Shown piece after piece: positions 37,155 to 47,871 of a stretch of DNA of 64,000 nucleotides. A model generated the notes under the pieces. That model had not been told where the DNA came from, did not search any database, and saw only the letters and a program-made list of their open reading frames with translations. How positions within the stretch are numbered: position 1 is the stretch's first letter; every line of letters begins with the position of its first letter. A program made the position numbers and the translations under genes. This stretch comes from Octopus sinensis (lineage: Eukaryota), in the NCBI RefSeq assembly GCF_006345805.1, contig NC_042999.1, positions 9,796,001-9,860,000 of the forward strand, written 5' to 3'.

Positions 37155-37335
37155 ATTCCTTTTAATATAGTCACAAGGCTTGAAATTTTGGTGGAGAGAA
37201 AGTCGTTTACGTCGGCCCCGGTTTTTGATCAGTACTTAGTTTATCGACCCCGGAATTTGAACTCAGAACATAAAGATGGGTGAAATGCCGCTATTTTGTC
37301 GGTGAACTAAGGTTTCTGTCAACTTGCCGCTTTTC
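37155..37335 (-). mobile_element. Degenerate SINE-A (tail B)
   Basis: Diverged head/body/tail between two TTTCAAATTATAATA copies. Confidence 0.6.
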
Positions 37336-37354
37336 TTTCAAATTATAATAGAAT

Positions 37355-38102
37355 CTTTTCTACTCTAGGCACAAGGCCCGATATTTTGTGGGGGGGGGCA
37401 GTCGATTAGATCGACCCCAGTACGCAACTGGTACTTAATTTATCGACCCCGAAAGGATGAAAGACAAAGTCGACCTCGGCGGAATTTGAACTCAGAACGT
37501 AGCGGCAGACGAAATACCAATTTCTTTACTACCCACAAGGAGCTAAACACAGAGAGGACAAACAAGGACAGACAAACGGATTAAGTCGATTACATTGACC
37601 CCAGTGCGTAACTCGTACTTATTTAATCTACTCCGAAAGGACGAAAGGCAAAGTCGACCTCGGCGGAATTTGAACTCAGAACGTAAAGACAGACAAAATA
37701 TTTATTTCTTTATTGCCCACAGGGGGCTAAACACAGAGAGGACAAACAAGGACAGACAAACGCATTAAGTCGATTACATTGACCCCAGTGCGTAACTGTT
37801 ACTAATTTCATCGACCCTGAAAGGATGAAATGCAAAGTCGACCTCGGCGGAATTTGAACTCAAAACGTAGCGGCAGACGAAATACTTATTTCTTTATTGT
37901 CCATAAGGGGCTAAACATAGAGGGGACAAACAAGGACAGACAAACGGATTAAGTCGATTATATCGACCCCAGTGCATAACTGGTACTTATTTAATCGACC
38001 CCGAAAGGACCTCGGCGGAATTTGAACTCAGAATGTAGCGGCAGACGAAATACGTCTAGGCATTTCGCCCGACAATGCTAACGTTTCTGCCAGCTCGCCG
38101 CC
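37355..38102 (-). mobile_element. Four-unit SINE-A array (one head, three tail-A units, terminal tail-B unit)
   Basis: Junctions at ~37517, 37701, 37885 (184-bp period); 19-bp TSD TTTCAAATTATAA(T/C)AGAAT at 37336-37354 and 38103-38121. Confidence 0.9.
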
Positions 38103-39140
38103 TTTCAAATTATAACAGAATTAAATAAATTTTATTGTATTCAATGTTTTTTTTTTTTTTGTTTTCGTTCTTTGTCTTCATAAATTCAACATTTCTTTTG
38201 TCAGCTGAAACAGAATCCAGTTTAAACCGGCCCAAATCCAAAGCAAAGTCAGCGAAAACTCAAACATTAAGAAAGGAGTTTCTATCCGGATTATGATTAA
38301 AATAGCTGTCATTATTTGACGACACTATCACTCTAATATATTAATAATGTTGCAACCTGTCGTAACATTATCTTATTTTATCGTCACTTATCGTATTGAT
38401 TGCGCTTCTAAATACGGTCGGTAAGATCAGGTAGTTTTGTTCGATATGAAGTATAAAGTTTTTTGTGAGAGTTAAATTCGTTACTTGGGTGGTAAGTCTG
38501 TCTCTAGTGACAGGCGTTGCGTTCGGCTATCTTTGAGCTATTTATTTCATTTAGCAAACTAACAATCGAAACAAACCAGATTTTTATTGAAGAGTCTCTC
38601 AATGTCACTTGATGACTTCATTCTAAAAGTTCCTACAGGTAATATTACTCGAAGCAAAGCAGTATGAGACCATAAAATAACTCTTAATCATAAAACCTGT
38701 CTAGAATTTTAAAAAAAACAATAATAGCAACAACCATAAAAATGTTACATATTATTGTCTGTTTGGACAGATGTGACCCTGTACAGTTTCATGAAGTTAC
38801 TTTACACCTATTGTTAGTGATAGCACTTAAAAAGGGGTGTAATTTCACTGTGAAGGGCTCTGCGGTTGTGGAACAATAATATGGAAAGTAAAATAGGAGA
38901 GGAAATAACCGCTTGACCTGAATGAAATGAAAATCGTGCTGTCGATTAATGAAGATGGAACACGTTTTGCAGGTGAGACAGAAATTTATCTACCGACAAA
39001 CATTCTCAGTACACGTCAGCTTTTAATGATAAACAATACTTTGTAACAAGGATTAGCCATCACTGGAATTCATTGCTGGTTATTATCATCATCATCGTTA
39101 TTGTTGTTGTTGTTATTATTATTATTATAATTATTATTAT

Positions 39141-39693
39141 TGAGTGAGCGAGCAGAGCATGCCATCAAAGTGACACTGGGGTAAAATATACGAAGCCCAG
39201 TATACCCATCATGACTACCCGTCTGATAAGGGTACACCAGGCACATGCATCACAACCATATGTGCACGACATGGTGATCTCATATCAAGATAAACAGCGC
39301 ATGACCTTGCAGGTGGGGCCCAGTTAGAATTTTCTTCAGATCGAGTAACGCATCCCGCTCAAAAGGTCCCTGAATAAGGGTTGTTTAAGGACGTTGAACG
39401 AAACACCCATGTTTCCAGAGGTGAATTATTCAAACCCCAAAGAATCCTACTCAACACATGGCTATGATGCTCCCCCACTACTTCTGCTTGTGATCAGAGA
39501 TGCACATATTGTCAGCCACTAAGGGACATGCTCAACTGGTTAAGGTCAAACAACTGACAAGCAAATCTGTGGTATTGAGCAGAATATTTGCTGTAGCCCA
39601 TCTTTTATACAAGACAAAACAATGTACATGATAAAACTTCCAATCAGTTAAGATCAGAAGCCATGAGAGCCACTGCCTGGTACTGCATCTGGG

Positions 39694-39695
<2 letters not shown>
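39141..39695 (-). mobile_element. ~555-bp non-coding element embedded in (AAT)n
   Basis: Highly similar to 56442-57000 with the same ends; 5'-truncated copy at 41461-41518; no TIR, no tRNA head; strand inferred from (AAT)n tail and truncation polarity. Confidence 0.75.
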
Positions 39696-39781
<86 letters not shown>

Positions 39782-39789
39782 GTTATTAT

Positions 39790-40040
39790 TATTGGAAGTT
39801 CATGTTGGTGTTATGCCTAGAGTGCCATATATTTGGTTTTGTACTTAGTGTTATACTAGTGAATGTCTAAAAAACCATACGAAAATTATGTTTCTTTTAA
39901 AATTTGAGATTACATAGAAAGTATTTTGCGTAGGATGTGAGCAGTTCCCATGAGCACTATCTTTTGAATTTCTGCCATTTTGGGGGTTTCCTGGTATCTG
40001 AGTTAGGTAGCAATCAGCCCCTTTTGCTATTATTCCCAGG
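39790..40040 (-). mobile_element. R4/Dong-like LINE 3' end fragment
   Basis: Encodes LGIIAKGADCYLTQIPG..EIQKIVLMGTAHILRKILSM*; ATT tracts both sides. Confidence 0.8.
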
Positions 40041-40043
40041 GTA

Positions 40044-40096
<53 letters not shown>

Positions 40097-40125
40097 TATC
40101 ATTATTATTATTATTATTATTATTG

Positions 40126-40828
40126 CTTTTGCACAGCTTCTAACGCTGTAGATGTACTACAGTGTCAGCTGTTCCCTACCAATGAATAAGGTAACACTTC
40201 TTATTTTTCGAGCACCTTCCGGAGTATTCGAGCAGTTCCAAGCAGTGCTGTTTTCTGCAAGTGCTCCACCCTTATTGTAGCCCCTATTTGTTCCACGTAC
40301 TTCTCGAGAATTTTGCTCACTGTTCCCAGAGCTCCGACACTTATTGGTACTACTGCTACCTTTTTCATCGACCACAACTGCTTAACCTCCCAAGCTAACC
40401 TGTCATATCTCTCGACTTTTCTTTCTTCCTTATCGCATACCTTGTTGTCCACTGGGCATGCTATATCTATGATCCAGTATAGTTTGTTTTCTTTCTCAAT
40501 TAAGACCATGTCCAGCTTCCTATTCTCAATCTCATGGTCGCACTGAATCATAACATCGCGTAGGATTTTTGCATTTCTATTTTCGACATAGTCTTCAGGT
40601 TTGTGGTCGTACCACGTCTTTGCTCTATCAAGTCCGTACCTGTTGCAAAGTGTCCAATGGACAAGCCTGGCTATATTGCCATGACGTGTCTTATATTCTT
40701 TCTGGGCTAATGGCGTACATTGGCTGGTAACATGCCATATGGTTTCACCGTTTTGTCCACAGATTCTGCACTTATCACTTTCTGATGTGTTGTCTATTCT
40801 CTATTTTATGTAGTTTGTTCTTAGTGCT
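40126..40828 (-). mobile_element. R4/Dong-like LINE, 5'-truncated
   Basis: ORF 40201-40551 RKLDMVLIEKENKLYWIIDIACP..VVPISVGALG..LQKTALLGTARILRKVLEK; upstream CRIC..ETIWHVTSQC and RHGNIARLVHW; ATT tracts both sides. Confidence 0.9.
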
Positions 40829-40883
40829 TATTATTATTATTATTACTATTATTGTTATTATTATTGTTATTATTATTATTATT

Positions 40884-41005
40884 AAGGCGATGAGCTGGCA
40901 GAATCGTTTGCACGCTCCGGGTTCAAATTCCGCTGAGGGCGATTTTGCCTTTCATCCTTCGAGATCGATAAATTAAGTACCAGTGAAACACTGGGGTCGA
41001 TGTAA
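40884..41005 (+). mobile_element. SINE-A, partial
   Basis: Head and body after (ATT)n, abutting an opposite-strand copy. Confidence 0.75.
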
Positions 41006-41009
41006 TCGA

Positions 41010-41302
41010 CCGAGGCAAAGTCGACCTCGTCGGAATTTGAACTCAGAGCGTAGTGGCAGACGAAATACCTATTTCTTTACTACTCACAAGGGGCTAAACA
41101 CAGAGGGGACAAACAAGGACAGACAAACGGATTAAGTCGATTACATCGACCCCAGTGCGTAACTGGTACTTAATTTATCGACCCCGAAAGGATGAAAGGC
41201 AAAGTCGACCTCGGCGGAATTTGAACTCCAAACGTAACGGCAGACAAAATACAGCTATGCATTTCGCCTGGTGTGCTAACGATTACGCCAGCTCACCGCC
41301 TT
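41010..41302 (-). mobile_element. SINE-A with tail A followed by truncated headless unit
   Basis: Junction AAAGAAATAG|GTATTTCGTC near 41067 on minus strand. Confidence 0.8.
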
Positions 41303-41328
41303 AATAATAATAATAATAATAAGTAGTG

Positions 41329-41364
<36 letters not shown>

Positions 41365-41460
41365 ACAACAACAATAAGAAGAGTGCGACTGTTATCGAAT
41401 GAACAATATTTCGACACTTCGGGAGGAGTAACATCAATCCTTAAATATTATTATTATTAT

Positions 41461-41518
41461 TGAGTGAGAGAGCAGTGCATGCCATCAAAGTGACACTGGA
41501 GTAAAATATACGAATCCC
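41461..41518 (-). mobile_element. 5'-truncated copy of the (AAT)n-embedded 555-bp element
   Basis: Only terminal 58 bp present, ATT tracts both sides. Confidence 0.75.
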
Positions 41519-41570
<52 letters not shown>

Positions 41571-42328
41571 GCTGGCTTCAAATATTGGCACAAAGCCAGC
41601 AATTTCGGGGTAGGGGTAAGTCGATTACATCGACCCTTGTGTTCTACTGGTACTCTTTTCAATAACTCATCATCATCATCGTCGTCGTCGCTTTATACTT
41701 TTCAAAATAGATAGCATCACTCACACATACATATACAAGCATGCGCGCGCGCGCGCGTGTGTGTGCATTTCAGTGTCTCATTCTCCTGACAAAGGTGAGA
41801 AGCGCTGTACTTACTCATGGTACCTATTTCTTTTTAGATGTAAATAATGTAGCGACAGTTGAGTGTTTTGACTTTAGACACATCCAAGAGCAAAGGATGG
41901 ATTCGAACAATTGACCAAATATATCATTATACGCTCGTCCGTCATTCCCTCGCTCCATTGGCTGTGTGTGCGTGTGTGTGTTTGTGTGTGTACGTCCGTG
42001 CGTGTGTAGGCAGATGTTCTAGTGATTAAAGTATTGGGTTCGCTAACATGAGATCGTGAGTTCGTTTCCTGGTCCGATCGATAAGTTTTCTCCTTGAATA
42101 AGGCACTTCGGTTCATGTTCTCCACTCTGCTCAGCTGTAAGTGAGGATCAAACCCTATTACTGGTGCACCTCTCCCCCCCTCCAGCCGTCGCAACTCCGA
42201 TGTTTCTCAAAGTCAAGGGTGGAAAGGGCCAAGAGAGTACCTGTCTTTGCTCGTCGTTATACAGGCACCTAAAACACTTAGTGGAAGTGTGGTACGTGTT
42301 ACCTGTAATACAACGATGGCTAACTCAG

Positions 42329-42750
42329 ATCTTTTATCTTTTACTGGTTTCAGCCAGAGGCTGAGGCCATGCTGGAGCACCACCTTTCAGTGCATTTGGA
42401 TTTCTTTTCTATATTGATTCTGGTGATATAGTGAAATGGACGGGGTTTCTCCTCTTTGTGTCCCTACTGCGATGTGGGCTCATCTGACATCTCAGATAAA
42501 AAAAAAATTGTTCAGACGTACTTCAATGACCCCCACAACAACTCCCCGTAAATCTCTGAGGTTATTTGGCAGAATGGTATATAGATGTGGACCTTTGAAA
42601 TCCAATCTGTTACAGTAATGAGTCCTTATTCTAGATGGGAAAGACAGGATCTTTTGTACTATGCTGTACCGTCCATTTCGGAGATCGGTATAGCTTTCAG
42701 TTCCAAAGTTTGGAGCTAGACCTTCCAGGGTCTTCCATGCGTATGTCACG
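42329..42750 (-). mobile_element. CR1/L2-like LINE 3' end
   Basis: Encodes RIRTHYCNRLDFKGPHLYTILPNNLRDL..; 3' tail AAAGGTGGTGCTCCAGCATGGCC..CTGAAACCAGTAAAAGATAAAAGAT. Confidence 0.75.
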
Positions 42751-42807
42751 GCATATGTGATATACGCATGAAAATATACAAATGAGAAATGTGTTTAATT
42801 TGCTGTA

Positions 42808-43351
42808 CCGTATTTTCCGGTCTTTAAAACGCATCGGTATTTAAACCGCAGGGTCGAATTGGCGGGGTGGGGAATTGTAGTTTTATCCACAGATAAAGTG
42901 CAGCGATGTTTAAAAGACCTATGGAGCTACGGGTCCGCAGCTAGCTTTTTTGTTGTTGACGTGTATATAGTTTCAAAATGCCTTATTTCACAACTATGAG
43001 ATGTATTGTTATTGCTATGATTTTATCTTACCATAATCAACAACAAACACATTTCGTCACTATAAAAGTCTTTATCAGATTAAAAATAACATTATCAAAA
43101 CATGAAGGTAAAACAAAACAAATATGCTTTGTTTCCTTCGGGGCTCCAATGTACTAAAGCAGTAGTCTTTCACATTGTTCACTGAACGACCATTCCTCTG
43201 AAAAAAAATCAGAGGAATTATTCGATCTCCATACACAAATTATTTTCCCCCTGAAACTTATAAAAAATACACACATTAGGCACACTATCCTCTAAGCCGC
43301 ACACTAAATTTCCCAGGTGAAAAATAACCGCTTATACACCGGAAAATACGG
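42808..43351. mobile_element. Tc1/mariner-superfamily MITE
   Basis: TA|CCGTATTTTCCGG ... CCGGAAAATACGG|TA. Confidence 0.8.
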
Positions 43352-43896
43352 TAATTCTAATTCAGTATAAATTACTATTTTAAATTTATTATTCATATCA
43401 CTATTTTATATGCGTAAGAAGGCGGTGAGCTGAACAGAATCGCAAGCGAGTCGGTTAATAACGTCGGTGGCATTTCTTCCGGGTTTTTTGTTGTTTCTTT
43501 TTTTCTTGTTCTGAGTTCAAATGTCGTCGATGTCAACTTTGCCTTTCTTTCGAAGTCAAGAAAATTAAAAAAAAACACCAATACAGTGCTAGAGTCGATG
43601 TCACTGTGATCGACATATCCGTCCAATTAAAACTGCTTGGCCCCGAGCCAGAATTTGAAACCATATACTCCATAAAAGTTGAAGAAGGTAGAATTCCAAT
43701 GATTTCGCCTATGTAAGATTACCTGATATTACCAAGAGTGGGAAAAATATGTCCCTTGCACAACCCTCATATGATGGATACCATTGCGTAAGAAATATAT
43801 ATAAATACCAAAAAAAAAAAAACAACGGTGAAATTAGAAAATTACTATTTGTAAACCTCACAACGAGAGATATTCAGCACCATTACTTTGGAGTAA

Positions 43897-44080
43897 AGAT
43901 TTTTACCAACATAACATGGCAGTCCTGGTTTAGGACGAATGTTGCTGTAATTTGCTGTGTCGAAAATATAAGGACACAGATAGTGTCGTATAGCAAGCTG
44001 GAGACGATGTCTCCTGGGGCTAAATTACAGCAGCATTCATCCCAAACCAGGACTGCCATGTTATGTTGGCAAACAATCTT
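43897..44080. repeat. Foldback element (~48-bp arms) related to the 46800 unit
   Basis: Arms ~43906-43953 and ~44022-44069 with 3 mismatches; spacer homologous to 46903-46968. Confidence 0.7.
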
Positions 44081-46074
44081 TACAACGGTGAAATTGTCCA
44101 TTAAAAATAATCCAAACTTCAACTTGTAAATTATGATGTAAATTATGAAAACGTTAGCTAAAATGTTTTGAAAATTAATTTATCCAATTTTTCAACCGGA
44201 TTCACTCCAGATTTTAAAAAAAGACAGATTAAACTTGGTCTCATCTTCATCGTTCAGTTTTTAAAACTTGCAAGGAAAACATCTTACATATATCACTGCA
44301 TCCTATTTTCTGATGAAAGGTTCGTTTCGATCTGGACAGCAGAAGTTCTGTTCACCAATTTCTTATTTAATCTCTCCAATACAAATAATATTGGGCCCTA
44401 ATCTGCAAAGCCTTGACTTCCATATCCCCTTTTGTTTTTTGTTTGATGTTGTTTTTTAGTTATTGTTGACTTTTTTTCTTTTCCTTTTTTTTTTTGGCTT
44501 TGGTTGTGCTTTTCTTTTGATTAAGCTGAAAGAAGGGGCTATGTCCATAGCTTTTGCAGTCCCCCACGTGACCGAAATGCTCGACGTGATTAATGTTTTC
44601 GGTGAAAAGTTTCCAAACAAATATCTGCCGGAAAAATATGTCCAAGGAGTGAATTTTAGAAGGTTGATGCTTTGGATGTAGTCACTAGGGCAAGGACTAG
44701 GGTGGTTGGCGCAATATGACGGGATATTATTGGTGATAGTCAAATAGTGCAAGCAACGGTAGAGGCGTTGAGATAATATCTTGAGATTATTAGAAAGTTA
44801 ACCGCTAAGATAGAGGTACTAGTTATATATATATATAAATATATATAGGAGGAGAGAGAGAGAGGAGACTAGCGTCTCTATTTTAGCATTTATCTTTCCA
44901 ATAATCTCAAGCTATTAAATGCGGTGGGCGACCGATTAACAGAGACATCTGAGCGTCAGACAGATCCCTTTACAGCATTTGTTTCAGTTCTCTGAGCTGT
45001 GAGTCCAAATCCAGCAAAGATCATCTTTGCTTTACATCCTTTTCGAAACCAGCAAACAAAAACATCAGTTAATTTCATTCTTCTTTTAACTCTTTCTTTC
45101 CGTCTGTTTCCTTCCCTGTCTCTCTCCATCTGGAGAAAGAAATCGGTGTTGGTCAGACCTAAAGAGAGCTGGCCTACCCCTTGGTCTAAAACTGGGCAAT
45201 TCACCTCATATTTCCCATTGACTCCTCCTTGATAGACCCTATCAAGGAGTCGTAGGAGCACCATGGCATGCCACAGCACTAATTACCAAACAAAGCATTT
45301 ACCTTCCTTCCAGCTCCTTAACCTTTTCTAAGTCACTTCCCAACAAACCTAAGTTCCTCTCCTATGCTGACCTGTCTTCAGAATGGACGGCCATTAATCA
45401 AAGAGCGTTTACTCAGCGCATAACCTATTAAATATCATTTATCTCCGGGGAAAATAAATTTCGCCATTTCCTTCCTTTATAACTAATAATGATTCAATTA
45501 AGAGTCGTTTCTTTGACTCATAAACTAACTCTCTTTGTTATATTTAATTAGCTTCGGTGGGAAATGCTGCCTCACTTTTGTCTACCAGTCTTTCTTTCAC
45601 AATATGTGTGTGTACGTATTAATGTATGTGTGTGTGTGTAATTTATAAATATGCGTGTGTATATAAATAAATATATATATGAGCGTCCAATAATACTATA
45701 TTTGTTCCACGTCCGCGCGTTGTTCTGTTTTATTTTTTTGTGCTTACATGTTTGGATTAACTTTATATATATATAATTTCACAGTGCACTTATGTGTGGC
45801 GGGGGCTCGACTAGGCCCGCAAGCTAACTAACGATGACGTTGATCGTAACTTCCGCTGGAAGGTAGAGGTGTTGGAGACAACGTTTATTTAAGAGGACAA
45901 GAAGCTCGGGAATAACAATATCATGGCTAATTCGACACTCTCTACATCCGTATTACCTCCCCTTACCTAATACCATACACATTAATACCAGGTCAAACAA
46001 GCCAAGTCGGCGGGAATAAGACTTTCTTTAATTCTTCCATCCATTTTCCTCATCCGCTTCTACAATATATGTCA

Positions 46075-46345
46075 TAGCGTTTCCTTCTATCAGTAACGAT
46101 GGATTCGGTCTTAGCTTGCAGCTGGCGTCGGTTACATGCTACTGACAATGCGCTAAGACGCAGAAATGTACAGCCAATTTTCTTACCACTGCTGTTGGAC
46201 GAATTTTCGGCCGCCACTGTTATAGTCTGGAGTTTTTAAACACAGTGCATCCATAACGGATATTATACCCGGCCGAATACCTACTTAATTTGCCTCTCGC
46301 AATGCATCTGCATTAAGCATGATACACAGATGACTATTTTCATCC
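46075..46345. repeat. Old dispersed repeat homologous to 24765-25050
   Basis: Colinear alignment. Confidence 0.55.
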
Positions 46346-46362
46346 TATACTACTTCTGTTGC

Positions 46363-46400
<38 letters not shown>

Positions 46401-46414
46401 AGAATGATGAGGAC

Positions 46415-46457
46415 GCCTCTGATGAGAACTCAATAAAGCTTGAAAATCGATTGAGGC
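46415..46457 (+). ncRNA. Degenerate hammerhead motif, probably inactive
   Basis: GCCT-CTGATGA-GAACTCAATAAAGCTT-GAAA-ATCGAT-TG-AGGC; G at the cleavage position. Confidence 0.45.
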
Positions 46458-46476
46458 TGTTCATCAATTTCTTTAA

Positions 46477-46704
46477 GGCGGCGAGCTGGCAGAAACGTTA
46501 GCACGCCGGGCGAAATGCGTAGCCGTATTTCGTCTGTCGTTACGTTCCGAGTTCAAATTCCGCCGAGGTCGACTTTGCCTTTCATCCTTTCGGGGTCGAT
46601 AAATTAAGTACCAGTTACGCACTGGGGTCGATATAATAGACTTAATCCCTTTGTCTGTCCTTGTTTGTCCCCTCTGTGTTTAGCACCTTGTGGGTAGTAA
46701 AGAA

Positions 46705-46706
<2 letters not shown>
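46477..46706 (+). mobile_element. SINE family A (tail A), young
   Basis: Near-consensus full-length copy. Confidence 0.9.
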
Positions 46707-46790
<84 letters not shown>

Positions 46791-47006
46791 ATATATAACG
46801 ATAAATCTCAGAGCGAGTTATAAACAGTAGCAGCAACATATCGTGACGTATATTTGCCATTTGAATATGGCTAACCCCTAAGGGTGGATGCTATTGTAGT
46901 TTGTAGCCCCAGGAGGACACCTCCTCCAGCTGGCTATAGACACACTTTCTGTGCCCTATCAATATTTGCGAAGGGAAGCCATCCTCCCCGTCTTCAACTT
47001 ATGATA

Positions 47007-47051
47007 CACACGGACTCGAGTTTCAGGGTATTGTCCCGTCATCGGCGTGTG
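47007..47051 (-). ncRNA. Type-I hammerhead ribozyme motif (inverted copy)
   Basis: CACACG-CCGATGA-CGGG acaata CCCT-GAAA-CTCGAG-TC-CGTGTG. Confidence 0.7.
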
Positions 47052-47337
47052 ACAATCATAGTTGTCGATGAGAAGTCGGTTCCCTTCACAAATACATATA
47101 CTTTTTCCAGTATCGATTGACACTGATATTGAAAAAGTGAAATCGTGAAAATGAAAAAGGGGTTAGCCATATTCAAATAGCAAATATACGTCACGATGTG
47201 TTGCTGCTACTGTTTATAACTCGCTCTGAGATTTATCATTGTTTGATTTCACTTTTTCAATATCAGTGTCAATCGATACTGGAAAAAGTATATGTATTTG
47301 TGAAGGGAACCGACTTCTCATCGACAGCTATGATTGT

Positions 47338-47382
47338 CACACGCCGATGACGGGTCAATACCCTGAAACTCGAGTCCGTGTG
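47338..47382 (+). ncRNA. Type-I hammerhead ribozyme motif
   Basis: CACACG-CCGATGA-CGGG tcaata CCCT-GAAA-CTCGAG-TC-CGTGTG; 6-bp stem I, palindromic stem III, GUC site; U4>C core variant. Confidence 0.7.
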
Positions 47383-47554
47383 TATCATAAGTTGAAGACG
47401 GGAAGGATGGCTTCCCTTCGCAAATACTGATAGAGCACAGAAAGTGTGTCTATAGCCAGCTGGAGGAGGTGTCCTCCTAGGGCTACAAACTACAGTAGCA
47501 TCCACCCTTAGGGGTTAGCCATATTCAAATGGCAAATATACGTCACTATATATG

Positions 47555-47601
<47 letters not shown>

Positions 47602-47604
47602 ATA

Positions 47605-47671
<67 letters not shown>

Positions 47672-47722
47672 TACAGATCGATAAATGTATAGATAGATAA
47701 ATATAGATACACGCACACACAC

Positions 47723-47757
<35 letters not shown>

Positions 47758-47783
47758 CATACATACATACATACATACATACA

Positions 47784-47869
<86 letters not shown>

Positions 47870-47871
<2 letters not shown>

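Larger units (their letters stand above)
46800..47546. mobile_element. PLE pseudo-LTR / retrozyme-like 352-bp unit in tandem plus inverted arrangement
   Basis: 46800-47144 is the reverse complement of the unit running 47158-47546; AGGGGTTAGCC recurs at 47158 and 47510; no meaningful ORF. Confidence 0.75.

Noticed and set aside
37355-38102. CRISPR-like regular array
   Set aside because: Units are whole SINE bodies without unique spacers; eukaryotic context, no cas genes
38920-38975. MKIVLSINEDGTRFA before CAG|GTGAG, WD40-like
   Set aside because: No upstream acceptor and an in-frame stop just upstream
39600-39695. HDV-like ribozyme at the 5' end of the 555-bp element
   Set aside because: A partial P1 exists but no GG for P1.1 and no valid P3/L3
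43883-44122. ORF with VWDE..PGDIV resembling an SOSS-B/NABP OB fold
   Set aside because: The motif falls in one arm of a DNA inverted repeat; resemblance is coincidental
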